A DNA stretch of 63,330 nucleotides, filler included, from Cercozoa sp. M6MM (taxonomy: Eukaryota > Protista > Endomyxa: Ascetosporea): NCBI GenBank assembly GCA_040357565.1. It is 10 parts of 10 records of this genome, joined end to end, with 100 filler letters (N's around TTAATTAATTAA, not from the genome) between each part and the next. Parts side by side here need not be neighbours in the genome. Positions count along the whole stretch, not along the records: positions 22,253 to 41,235 come from JBDODJ010000220.1; 9 more parts are not named here. One strand, given 5' to 3'. A program made the translations under genes and the position numbers. Of the stretch, positions 23,932 to 37,158 are shown piece after piece. Under the pieces are notes generated by a model. The model was not told where the DNA came from, did no database searches, and was given only the letters and a program-made list of their open reading frames with translations. The number at the start of each line of letters is the position of its first letter. Positions within the stretch are counted from its first letter, which is position 1.

Positions 23932-26481
23932 ATGGGTGTTTCGCCACTCGATCGCGCCGACATTGCGCACACACGCGTGCGTCGTATCTGGGCCCGTACG
24001 TTCCTCGGCCTGTTTCTTGTCAGTTAGTCAGTTAAAATGTGATGCTTTCACTGGTAGGCATTATTTTGGCGACGGCGTTGCTTGTGCTAGGCTCGTTGCT
24101 CGCCCTGACGGCCCTGAACAAGGCAGTGCAAAGCAAGTTGGAACAGGCACTTGACGATGACATCGCGTTATACCATGACGTAACGCTTTGCTCTATAACT
24201 GGAGCTAACTAAACAGATGTGCATGACTTGTCATCCATACTGTACTGTAAATTTAGCTACTCGAGTCGACCGAAGCGCGTCTGGTGTCGCAAAGTCACTT
24301 CGTCGACGCCTTGTACAAGTCGGATAACCTGACAGAACAAAGACTGAATGCGATGTCCATCGAATCAGCATATCTCCAGAACATTGGTACAGACACGCAC
24401 CCTGTGCAAACAAGGACATAAGTTTACTCGTATGTGCTGTGCAGGCATGGAACTCTATGAGTCAAAAAAGAGCGAGTTGGAACAACGCGGTGCCAACGAA
24501 ACCGTCATCAAGGAGCATCGCAATGTAGCTTTAATAACACACAATGTTCGATTTTTGTAAACTCTGTATCAAACAGGCCGCGAGGATCCAACGCAGAATG
24601 GCGGAGCAAGAGGCGCGCTTCGTTCGTAACTCGAGCTTGTTCTTCGAGGAGGCCACTTCTTACCTCATCGGTAGCTCTACCGTCCACATTAGCAGTATTG
24701 AGCACAGATGTAAATACAACTGCATAGGAGCTGTAACATTGGGACCTGCCCGCACGGTGGTGAATGATTTCGTGCATAGTCAGTACAGCACTCACGCACA
24801 GCAGGCGCAGGTACGTTTCTTGTTCCAAGGTTCCAGAGGCTGCAACTTACAGTAAGGGCGTTGATAGGAAAAGCATGATCTGCGCGCGGTTGTGCTGTAT
24901 GTGTACTGCAGTTTGTTCGTGCTGATCTTTGTTCTTCTGGCACTGGCGAGGTACTCTATTATGTTGTACTTAAGTTATGCATACGTGACTTTATATTAAC
25001 ATTGTGTTTAGGCGACACATTGGACGCAGGAAAGCAGTGCTCGCTATGGAACTGGCCGAGTAAGCTATTGCACTTTGTGTTTTTGGTGTGCAAGATGCTT
25101 GTGTTGCTGCTGCTAGAACAAAAGAAAACATCAAAAATATGTTGCAAGTTGATCTCATCACTGTGGAGGAGGCTGGACGTGTCAAGTCGTCGACCTTTGG
25201 TAGCAATGATCTTTTGCGAATAACGAAGTAGCACTATTTGTATGTAGATGAAGAGAAGAGTCTCGTCTCACAAACCTCGTCGATCACTTCGTTGACAACT
25301 GTAAACCACTGCGACCTTTCGATAAAATACCGAAAACCATCGATCATTTGCACAGGGCTCAAGTGACTCCCTAACTGAAGCAGGATTGGTACATGAGTTT
25401 TGCTCAGTACTATGCTCATACACCGACACACTTACGTGAGTTTCTAAATTAGATTCGCAAGCGACTCGAGCGTTCGCAGCGGCTGTTTTGTGCTGCCTTT
25501 GTGCTGGCGTCAGTTCTGGTTTGCAGTTTGTGTAATCTCCTTTGCTGGTGTTTCAAATTGTGTTGACTCCTAGGTGGCGAGTGCGTTGGCGACATGCATG
25601 ACTCTGCATGTGAGGCAAGATACCACGTCAGTTCGCGATGCGCAAACCGTAAACTCCCTTTGCCCCTGCCAGTTTAGTTCAGCTTTTGCAGTTGGTTTAA
25701 TTTCCGCAGGTGGGATGGGCGCTTTTCGGTGAACCTGCTTCAGTGTACTACTCAATGGAGGACATGGTATCCTTTTTTTTCTCTTGCAAACTTAAAGTTC
25801 AAGAGTTTTGACTGAGCTCAGCACGTTGCACTTGCCTTCATCGGTCAAGCCAACGGACTGGTACTGTACTGGACGCACTTTTGTCTGTAGTGCAAATATC
25901 ACTGCAACTTGGGGGTGCAGATCGCAGGTGGTGCTTCGAAAACAACGATGCGGCAACTGATCGATTCCTTCACGAGCATGAACTGTATCGAATAATACCT
26001 CTTGTGATTAGTGTCGAATAATACCTACTTGTGCAGCGCAGCACGTGGCAGCTTCCCGTGTAGCAATGACACTCGTGCGACAGGAGATTGTGGTTTGTTC
26101 CATCCATCAAGTTTGTTTACATTTACTCATCGTTCCTATTGAATTCCTGGCAGGATAATGAAGAAGCACGTACCTTGGTGGACAAGGTCATGCAAGCTCC
26201 AGTTCCTGTCAGTTCCTTTCCAGAATCGCCCTTTCTTTTCAAGACACTTTGCTGGCGCAGGGCGACGAAACTGCCTTCAACGACACTGCTCTAACGAGCT
26301 CTGTGCCTGCCATTGCCCTCTACCAGTTCGCTACCTCGGGTATCCACAATAATCTATCTACCTTGTCTGTTGTTAAAGACGAATACCAATTACAGAATAC
26401 GGAGCTTCGGTTGCTAATGATACACCGGGCGTGCCGTACTTCACGTACCTTTCTACTCTTCTCACGTCAAGATTTACCTCT

Positions 26482-26527
<46 letters not shown>

Positions 26528-28093
26528 ATGTGTGTGTATTGTGTGATAATGAATCGGTTCAGACCGGAAGAGGAGCACGAAGTGCAAGCGCGCATTTACG
26601 CTGACGTCTATCTGAGCACACGTACTCAAGTTGGAGAAGAATTACTGCTGATATCGAACCTCACGACACAAGGCACATCTCAGTTTTGTACAGTCTCTTT
26701 TTCGTGATGTTCATACCCTCCTTGTGTGCAGAGTACATTGATCGACGTGAGCGAGATCGCGATATTGCACAAGCTGCCCAAGTTCTTTCGATCTTGTGCT
26801 GCGTAGGTACGTCAGTTTCCACTGTACCGATTGCTTTGAACAATTTACCCTTGTTTGCAGCCTACGTCATTGCTATCGCTTTTGTTATTGTGTCCTTCCG
26901 TCGAATGGAACACACGTACTTTGCTTTTTCTGGCGCATGATATGCTAGGTACTATGACCTATAGGGCGCGTGTGCATTTCAATGGCGATGCTTGGGATCT
27001 CGACCGCATTCGTACATACCACTTGTTTTAATATGTCGCTTCAAAGCATGTGTACCCATTAGTCGCCGACGATGAGTGCGCAACTTTGTTCCGCGAGTTT
27101 GTGCATGCACAGGTAGTGTCGCTTTATTACCTTGGGTACCGACACTACTTTGTGCTGCAGCTGTGTCGTGAGTCTCTGGACTTTTGCGAAGCCATGCGTG
27201 CAACTCACTACCGCGTCAACGGGTACTTTGAAGGTTGTATCGTTGACATTGGATACTGTTCACACAGAATGCATGTGCAGAATGACACTGCACCAAGCAG
27301 CAGTGCTGTTCGCATTGTTTGTTGACACGAGCAGCGAAACTTCGGTCAATGTGAGTGCTGCACTGCGCAGACGACTCATTGCCGCACTCGAGAATGACCA
27401 CGTATCTTGTCTCTTTTTGTTGTCTTGTCTCTTTTTGTTTCAATGTGTTCTCTGTGTCTTGCTCTAGGCGAGCGAGTGGACAGCAACGCTTGCAAATGTC
27501 AGCGATAGTCTGCGCTGCGACCCCATCGTAAAACAGCACTGTAGGGGAGCTCGGTTTTCCCGAATGGTAAATTTGTTTGTTTTTTGTCATTAGGGAAACC
27601 CAAGCTCCCACGAGAGTTTTATCGATATCGTCTGGCCTCGGATGGAAGGCGAGGTGCTCCTGTCATCTGCATTGTTCCTTGAGTGTATTATAGTACCTTT
27701 TACTCTGTACAGGCGGGCACCACATCTCCCCTGTTGTCTGATACTTGTGTGGTACCACTAGCTTCATTGTATTGATTTAATGTTGTGCATACAGTACACT
27801 GTATCCCTGATTCAGAGGAAATTCGACGCCTTGCTGCACGAAGTGGAAAAGCTGGTTCTGCAGAACTCGGTGGTATCAACACCACTACAGCAGTGTTTTA
27901 GTCGAATTGATGGTTTGGGTTGAGCAAAGTGGCCTTTCGTTGCGAGTGATAAATTCGACGATTTCGACCGTCGGCGCAAGCACGCACTCGAGCGCGACGT
28001 ACTCCTTTTCCCAACCGGAAGTGTTTTCCTCTTGCATATATCTAATCTATCCATGTGTAACAGGTGACACTGCTGGCGCATCATGTGGCCTGA
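23932..28093 (+). CDS. Four-TM receptor-like protein with a C-terminal RGS domain
   Basis: TM1 IWARIILATALLVLGSLLALTAL, TM2 LFVLIFVLLALA, TM3 LFCAAFVLASVLVASALATCM, TM4 VLSILCCVAYVIAIAFVIVSF. RGS: LVADDECATLFREFVHAQ|LCRESLDFCEAM..LFALFVDTSSETSVNVSAALRRRLI..KFDALLHEVEKLVLQNS..WPFVASDKF. Confidence 0.75.
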
Positions 28094-28978
28094 GCTCATG
28101 TGGTCCGAGAGTCAGTGTGCGTGTCTGTTGCACACTGCACGTCCGGTCGGTCACATGTCCCATAAAGCAACTAACCGACTTGTTACCGCAGCCCTTCAGA
28201 AATTGAGGCTTTGGTAGTGCAAAAGAGTACTATGCCAGGAAAAAGACTAAAGAAACAAATGTAATCGATGTGAAGAAGAATTGAGTCAGTAGACGTAGTC
28301 AGTTCAGAGGTAGTTACCCAAGATAGGGTCGGCAAAGTACAGGAAGTAGACTGGTCGGGAAGGATGAGAGGCCCGGTAGTCAGAAGAAGGAAGGAAGGAG
28401 AAGGAGGGACGTAAAGGAGAAAAAGAAAGGCTCTCTGTGCTGGGAAGACAGCAACAGGGATTACGTGAGAGTGCAAGGACTGGAGCCTGGAGAGGTGCTT
28501 TAACCTGGTGAGTAGAGAGCCTTTTCAGGAAAGGAGCAAAATCTTGCTCTTTCGAGGTCAGTCTACCAAACACAGGGTAAGGAGGTTAGCAACACTCTCG
28601 GAGAGGTCAGGGTACCAGACAAACACAATACACCACACTTCTCAAAATACTCAATGAATAACTTTCTTCCACGCGGAGCACCAGAGATCTGACTGGCCGG
28701 ATGGCGTTGTCCCCGTCCAGCGTTGACCTCAGAGAAACTTTGACTCTGCCAGCCTAGCGGCCGGGAAGTATCAATGTAAAGTAATCATTGAGCCGTCTGC
28801 CTGTGCTCGTACATTTCATCGGCTTCGCTTACGCACCTCTCGCACCCGTACCGGACGGTATCCAGTATGCTAAGTTCAGAAATTAAGAACTGCTATCATA
28901 CGGTGGGTGGAAACGATTCCCCGTTTCAAAATGCTACAGAAGCACAGAGGCAGACACGACTACAGATGTGCTACGCGC

Positions 28979-30267
28979 TTAGAGCTCGACGCTCACACCG
29001 CCCGAGTTGTTGCTGCAGACATGAAACAAGAATCAGCAACCCTAACACATAGACACTCACACAAGAACATACTCCTTCTGCTGCTGGTTGGGTGCCGACG
29101 GCGAGCCTGTTGAGTACAAACATAAACATAAAAAGGGAGCACCTGTCTCAATAAAGGGAGCGTACTCCACTTGGCAAAGATGGCCGGGTCGCGCGACTGC
29201 GTGTAGATCACCGTGGGACCCTGTGCAGACACACCAACATTACACTTATTCATATATATAATATATAAGTAAAGAAGGCGCACCTGGAACTTCATAACGA
29301 TGCCCTCGCCCGAGCAGCACCACTCCTTGAGACCGCCCTGTGGACAAAAACGTTAATATTTCACTGTGTACCTGGAAGGGGGTACCAAGAAAGCAAGCTC
29401 GATCTTGGTGTCGTCAGGACCGGCAAAGAAGAGGCCCTACTCATAGGTAGATTCATAGGTAGATGGGGGGGGGGGGGTAAGTGTAGGTAAGAGGGAACCG
29501 TGTCGACAAAGAAGGTGCTGCCCTCGGGCACCTCGTGACGCTCGAGCGAACCGTAGCCACCGCCAAAGAAAGTGCCGCACTGACCGGCGTGCTCCTCGGC
29601 GAGCTTGACGTGCGTGAGGAAGAGACCCTCACCCGAGCAGAGGCACGACAGGCAACTGCTCATCTTGGTGGTCACCACCACCTGCTCGGTACCGCACACA
29701 AAGCCGCCGCTCGTCACCACCCAGCCTAGTACACAGGAGGTAAAGGGGTACGTGTGCTGAGGGGTAAGGAGGTAAAATACCCTGGTCCTGCATCACACCG
29801 AACGGCAGGATGTCACCCGGCTCGTCGAAACCAAAGGCGATACGGCCCGGGCCCTGGAATTGGTTCTGGCAGAACGACTCGCCAGCACACGTGCGGTAGT
29901 ACGACTCAAGGCAGCCTGGGGAGGGGGACGGAGGGGGTAAGGGGACAAAGAGGATGGGACAAAGAGGGTAGACAGAGAGCCAACACACCGCCAAAGCACC
30001 AGGTCTCGATGGTGACGTTGCCGTCCATCCAGAGCATGGCGCCCTTCTCGGCCAGCACCTTGGCACCCTCGGGAAGCATGAAGTCCACGAAAGCAAAGGC
30101 CGGTCGACCCTGCAAACGAACAGATAAACCATGTCCCCACCCAGGACAAATACACATACCTTGATCTCGTAGGTGATCTGCGGCGGCGCCACGTACTGCT
30201 GCGCGAACGTCGGGTTGACGAACTGCACAACTTCTTGCTGCATCGGCTGAAACTGGGGCTGCTGCAT
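28979..30267 (-). CDS. AIM24-family protein
   Basis: ITYEIK|GRPAFAFVDFMLPEGAKVLAEKGAM, AGESFCQNQF, SGEGLFL, FFVDTG, SGEGIVMKFQGPTVIYTQSR. Confidence 0.9.
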
Positions 30268-30976
30268 CTTCGCAATCTCTGGTGTCTGCGAAAACACAAA
30301 AAACACATCAAAACTATAAAAAAACCGATTGCCACAGCTCCACAGGAAGAACCCGCAACCAAGTTAATCGAGCCAGTGCAGATGTGTGCTACTATCTGAG
30401 TGCAGCAGCGAAGCACAGCACTAGGAGCACTCAGTGCTCACGCTCAAAACAGACACCCCGCGCCCGGAGCCAGCATCAGGGCATCTCATACACTTCTACA
30501 GTACCTAGCACAAGTAGTTGGCACGGACACAGCTTGTTGAGCGCTTTAGTGACCCAATGTGACAGATACTCTTGTTCAGTCAGGCAGAGTGATCAGATCT
30601 CCTTTGTCGACCCATCATTTCTGTCTGGTAGATTAGCATCTATTACTCACTTGAACGGTCATGCCACACACAGAAGCAGGCGGAGTAGGAGCGACGGATA
30701 ATTACAAGGCGGTCCGGCATATTTGACTTTTTGTTTCTATCTCGTCGGGGAGCTTGGTCTGTATCACGCGCTTGTGGGCTCGACGTCATGCTTGTACCAT
30801 CTTCCACCGTCGGCATCAGTCGTGAGTTGATGTTATGGTCACTTTGATCTTGGCCCCTTAAAAAGTACGAACCCATCATTAAAGAAAAAAACGATCTTTG
30901 ATTCATCTAAGATTTCCCGCCAAAACGCCACTCGCTGCGGGATCAACCAGGTGCGGGCACGCCTGTGCTCAGTGTA

Positions 30977-33491
30977 ATGGGAGTGCCTGGGCTCCTGCAG
31001 CTGCTGAAAGGCTGCACGCATCAGGTACCTAATTTTGATTTGGTGTGCAGGCCCTTGCCTGGAACTGACCCTGTGCTTCTCGGGTTTTCAGGTGCACCTG
31101 GCGCAGCTTCGTGGGCGAGTCATAGCCGTTGATGGCTACGGTGCTGCCTGTCTGTGAGGTTTGCGCAGTGGCGTAAATGTGTTTTTTCTGCAGTGTGGCT
31201 ACACAGGAGTGTGCGACACTGCGCCAAGGAGCTGTGCGAAGGACAGGACACGATTGTGTATGTCGAAAGTTTCATGAACATGCTGCAAAGCACTCTATTG
31301 CAGCATGGATGTATTCCGCTTGTTGTCTTTGATGGTATCCTTTCAAAGTCCTCTAATTTGCACTTACTGGCACTCTACCTTCCTGTGTCTGCTACCTTCC
31401 TGTGTCTGGCAGGTGCCCAATTGGCTGCCAAAGGCGACACGCGCGAAGACCGCGCTCGCCGTCGCCGTGACGCGCTAGCGAAGCAACTTTGGGCTCAAGT
31501 AAATTTTATTGTAATCCTAAAAGCCTAACTGAACTGTATTTGCTTTATTTTCAGGCACTTGAAGTCCGTTCGTCATTCGCGCGGTCCGTTCCGCTCGTCA
31601 TGTGTCTTAGAAGTGTGCTCACGTGGGGTTCTGTTGTAGAAACGTGATGTTAGCGCTGCAGAAACGAGGGATTGCCACGATTGTGGCTCCGTTTGAGGCC
31701 GATGCCCAGCTCGCTTATCTGTCAGTTCACAAGCTTGTGGACTACGTGCTGACTGAAGACAGCGATTTGCTCGTTTTTGGCGCTGGCAAGGTTCCACGAG
31801 ACCTCTGTGCGATCAGTTTTTGGATGCTGTCTTTTTTTTTGCAGGTTCTGTTTAAAGTGCGCGATGGCTGCGGTGAGTACATTGACGGAAAAGAAGCGAT
31901 GCGGCACCTTCGATTGCGTTCTGTCGATCAGTTGCAGGTAGACTCACTTCTTGATTTGTTTGTGGGACTAATATGTGCAAACTAACACAAGAACATAACG
32001 CAGCTCGCTGTGGCTTTGAGCGGCTGTGACTACACGCCAAAGTCGCTCATCAATGGTCTCGGCTTGAAGCGTGCGCTCAATGTGGTGCGGCACGAAACGA
32101 CGCTGGGCCGCGCGCTCAACCGACTGCGTCGGGAAGGCAAGTACAAGATCAACGAACTAGTCGAGAAGCACGTGAAGCAGGCGCTCGTGTCGTTTGCCAA
32201 ACAAGCGGTGTGGCACGTGCCTGTGACTCACACCAACACCGCAGTCCTAGTCAAGCACGACAAGGGCTTCATTGCACCGCTGCTGATGCCGCGCAATCCC
32301 GCTTCGCAGCAACAGAACGAAGTTTGGCGACAGGTGCAGTTCGCGCAGCTGTGCCCTCGCACCAAAGAGTCCTTCGATGCCCCGACCCGCGCAATGTGTG
32401 CTTTCCTCGCCTCGTCGCAAGGTGGATCAGCCCAGTCGTCACAGCGGCGCTCCGCCTCAAAGCTGTATCAAGCAAAGTCAACCCAATCTCAGGGGAAGTC
32501 CACTCAGTCCCAAACGCAATCGACGCAAAACGAAGCGATGCACGAAAAACTTGCGAAAAACGAGTCGAAGAAAGCTGATGTGTCGCAACCTGACGAAGCG
32601 AAGCAAGCGCATGAAAAGCTGCGATCGCAACTGCGTTTGCCGCGAACACGAAAATTTCGCGCTTCGTGGACGACAGCGACGGCTCGTAACAAGCTGTTGT
32701 TTCTTCGTGCTCTGCCGCGAAGTGACTCACTATCGGCTCTCATGTCGCAACTGGACAGCTCTCGCGTCGCAGTTGCTGCTATGGTTTTTTCTGCTTTCTG
32801 TATTTTCTCGAACGTAACAAGTTGTGTTTTGCAGCTAGGCAACACCAGTGCGCGTGCTCACATCGCCGAGCTTGCACGAAATGATGGCACTGGCTCAACC
32901 ACTTCGCTCGTGCCAACCAATCTGAGCGCTTTCACCGAAGTGCAAGTTTCTGCATCTCCGCAGTCTGCGATTTCGTTGACTCAAAGTCTAACCGAGTCGA
33001 CTGTTTCACTTCCGAGCACTCAACGGTCTGCACACGATCCTTCTTTCGCTTTCGCCCAACTCACGCAAGTCTCGCAATTCAGGCAATCTCAAGCTGTGTT
33101 CGACGAAAGCTCGCAACAAGCAACAGTGCTCGACAGGAGCGAATTCGACAGCACGTCTTACAAAGAAGCAAAACTCGAAGAAGCGAAAGAGAACGAAACG
33201 CAGCAAGTCTCGCCGAAAGCAGCGTGGCCGCTCTCAATTTCACAACAAGTTTCGCAGCGATCCCAGCTTTCGCCAATCAACGAAAACTCTCGTCCTTTTC
33301 GACGAAAAGCAAGGGATGATGACGATATGGAGGTTCTCGAGGTCAAGTTTTCACATCCGTCCGACAAATTCTTCGCGGCGCTTCGGCCGTCGAAAGCCGC
33401 GAATTCTCGCACTGCGCCACTTTCAGCTTTCCAACCACCACCTAAGCGTCGTCGGATTTTCGGTCATAGCGAAGTTATTGAACTTGATTAG
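30977..33491 (+). CDS. EXO1: Exonuclease 1 (XPG/Rad2 family)
   Basis: [64 protein letters not shown]; disordered C-terminal tail. Confidence 0.93.
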
Positions 33492-34088
33492 GCTAGGCCA
33501 AGCTTTTGCCAGCCATAACTGGATCGTTTAGCACAATCAAATAGCGCTCCAGCGCTCGAACTTTTCTCGTATTTGTCCGAACGCATCCAGAAAAGTGAAG
33601 GGTTGAACTCAACCCAGGCGCGTTACTTTGGCGAACAGTGCCGTGAGTTTGCTCACTGGCCTCCAAATAGTCAGTGTCCGTAGGCAGCGCACCACTCGCT
33701 CGCCGTGGGCTCGCGTTTGAGTGGGGTTGATTTTTGTCTGAGTGTTTGGGATCATGGAGCTGATCACGTGTCCCGAGCGAGTGATCGTTCACGTGTGACC
33801 AGAGTTTTTGTAAATAGGAGCACTGCCAGAGCACTTCAGCGAGTGCAGTCGGGTGCATTTTCTGCATCTTCGCCGCGTGGGGCGTCCGGGCGTTGGTTGA
33901 GGCAAGTCGAGTGATTCACTTGTCTTGATTTCTTCCTCAAACTCGCTCGTCTTTTCATCGTTTTGGACGTTGCTCGCACTGTCGTCAAATCCCACACAGT
34001 CACAGAGAGTCAGAGAGAGCCAGGCGCACGTGGTCACGCCTGATCACGGTTCAGTAGCACCGCCCACCAGTCACAGTACAGTCGAGCG

Positions 34089-36919
34089 ATGTCAGGCGGC
34101 AAGAAACGCCGCAAGAGACGCTTTGACTTGTGGACGTTTAAAACCAAAGGTACAGTGCAGTAGTGTCTGAACATGAACGCTTTTGTTTTTATTTACATTC
34201 ATTTTTGTAGAATGCACTCTCACTCACGAAACCGAGGACGAAATAAGGTACAACTAATGATAGTCTTTCCATGTTTAATTTGCATGGCTTTGCGTAGTGC
34301 ATGCGTGTACTACCACTCGGAAAAAGAGCGCAGACGCGACCCAATGATTGTAATTCAGTGTGGTTACACGCATGTGTCTCTTTGCTATGTTAGATTTGTG
34401 TCTGACTCAGGTAAGGTATGGTTTCATGCCATGCCCAATCGTCAACGTTGACGGCAAATTTCTACCGGGTACTTGCCTATCCTCGTTTGTACTCCTTTAC
34501 TTTCTATGTAGCCTTTTCTTGTAACGCAGGGAGCTACCGGGACCCCTCATCGTGTCCACTGGGCGATTCATGTCCGCACGCGCACAGTTACACTGAGAAC
34601 TGGTACTCGTTGTTGCCATTCTGTTGCCTTTCTTTTTTCCTCGTACGCTGCTGTATCCCAGGTGGCACGCACTGAGGTGGCGAATTGAGATGTGCCAGCG
34701 CGACATGTGCCACCAGTCCAAGTATGTTTAACCAAGAAAATCTAACTTTGCAGACCTTTTTACTCACTCAAAATCTTGCGTGCAGAGAAAGTGGCGGCCG
34801 TATCATGTGGTTTTGCTCATTCGCACACTCTCGCGCCGAGCAGCGCACTTTTAAGCAGGCGCTCAAAGGTGTTTTCTCGTTTTGTACCTGAGGTTTTTGG
34901 GTATTTTCTCATCTGACGAAACGCGCAGAATACAAGAAAATCACGGGATTCCGCGCCGTGAGACAGCCACATTTACGATATGGAGGTACTTGAATAAGAG
35001 TCTAAAGGTGGGAAAAAAGACCGTTTTTTGTAGCCGCCGCTGCCTCGGCCTACCGAACAGAAGCCTTGCGGTTACTTCGCGGTACTTTTTGTTTCTTCAG
35101 TTGAGTATAACACGGGACCCGGAGTTTTTTATAGAGGGCGCACAGCAGACACATAGTAATAAAGAATTCGTTGAGGACTCTGATGACCATGTGCGTTCAC
35201 CTTATAGCGTTTTCCCCTTTCCTTTACCCGTCACTTTCATTATTGCAGAGAATGACACCTCCGGTGGCGACGATCGCCAATATTTGCATGTTTGCCAAGG
35301 TAGGAGAGCGTTGTGTTCCCTATCTAGCCCGTGCTATTTTTTTTGTTGAGTAGCTGCACCGGCAGAACGACCACTCGTTGCGACAGGTGCCGCGACGACT
35401 CCTGACGACTGCGCCCACTGTGATTTCAAAGGTTGGGAAGGTGCCCGCTTAAATATTACCTCTTTCCCCTTTACCCCCCTCACCATTTTACCCTTGCTCT
35501 TATTAACCTTTCTTTCGCAGCAAGAAGAAAAATCGGCCGAGAAAATACCGTCGCTTGCGGAATTCGAGCGTACTTTTTACCAGTTGTTGCGTCTTCACAA
35601 AGGTACATTCTCTGCTATCTGTTGGTCCCCTTGATTGGCTTTACTTTTTGCCTTTTTAATGTAGGAGGACTGTCACTGCAACGCGCGCAGTCGCTGCTGG
35701 AGCAGAAACTTAAAGTCGCGTTCGATGCAGAGAAACTGCGATGCGAGAGTTTTGGCGAGTTTGCGTCGCGCTGCAGTGCGTTCTGACCTTTACCCCCTTA
35801 CACCCATCCTTATCCCTGACCCTTTTCGGGTTGTGCAGACTTTGTGACGGCGCTGGAACTGCCCGTGGATGCACAGGGCAATGCTGTGGTACTTTAGCGT
35901 TTCTCTTTTCTTGTTGATGCTGTATGTCTTGCGTTCAGACCGACAAACGACGCAAGCAACACATAGGTAGCACACTATTTCTATTAAAACGGAGCACGAT
36001 TTTGTAAAACAATTCATGTAGAGAAACGCGCCGCGCTGTTGTACGACACAGCGACGGCGCGAAATGTGCGCAGCATGTGTATTGCCGCCGGTCTCTCCGT
36101 CATCGACCGAACGAACCAACTGCGTACATTGAGGGTTGATGACGAAACTGTCTTCGCGAGAGGAGAAATGACACCTGTTCATGTCACTGATCAACTCACC
36201 GGTCAAATGTCTGATCGGGTGATGGATCAATCTGTCGATACGACCATCAGTCGAACCGTCGAGAAAGTTATCGACCAAACCGTCGATCGATCGGATCAAC
36301 AACCGGGCAGCTTCGAGCAGATCGATACGCGTGGCAGGAGCGTCTCCACCGATCACAACGTCGCTACCGAGACCGAAGATCGCACCGCCGTCACACGGCA
36401 CCGTCGCAACTCTGTGCCCGAGTTTATCGGTTCTCCTCGTCAAGGTAGCCGCCTTTTTGCTTTTTATGCCTTTTTTGGTTCATTTTGACTTTGCTCTTGA
36501 CTTTCTTGGAGCAGCTTTCGCGTCGCCATGCGGCATCCACCTGCTGCGTATCAAATGCGCGCGTTGTTTCGATGCTGAAAGGTATGTTTGGTTCATTTTC
36601 TCTTCCTTGCAGTCACACAGCTGAACTGGTTGTATCCTGACAGGGCGGTCACTCTGTCGCCGTGTCAGCACTCTGTCTGTCGGGTACACTACTTTCTCTC
36701 TCACATCTGAGTTAGCCAAGATGTGTGCTACTTTAGAACTGCCTACCTTTGGAAAGCGAGGCAGCCATCACGTCCGGTGCCATGGTACCATGCTTTTATC
36801 GTGTTTTTTTAAATCTGCTTGTTGCGGTGAGGGACCGGGATCTTCGGTGTTTGCGTTTGTAGACCACACTCTGTCCCGTGTGCCACGCACCTGTGAACCA
36901 TATCTCTGGCTCACCGTGA
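34089..36919 (+). CDS. Unkempt-like tandem CCCH zinc-finger / RING protein with a LOTUS-like domain
   Basis: FKTK|ECT..CVYYHSEKERRRDP; CPLGDSCPHAHSYTENW|WH; CSFAHSRAEQR; C-terminal RING CARC..PCQHSVCRNC..CPVCHAPV. Confidence 0.8.
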
Positions 36920-37158
36920 CGTGGACGGATTCTGGACTGTTCAAACACAACTATTCGTGCCCTGCTGCCCGTCTCTGTTCTTGTGTTCGGCCAGCAGCGC
37001 GGGAGTCGTGCCGTGTCCGTCCCTCCAGTTCGCTTAGTCTTTCGTTTATAGTACCCTTTCTCGCTCGTGTTACGGCATAGCCATACCGTCGCGTAACACT
37101 CGTCCAGCCAGTTGAGTCGAGTGCGTTCCGTCGGACACTACTTGTAACGGTATCAGGC

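Noticed and set aside
12890-34080. ACAGTAC as a promoter motif (12890-12907, 19961, 34073)
   Set aside because: Orientation relative to genes is inconsistent and GTAC/ACAG words are abundant in introns; not distinguishable from background by eye.
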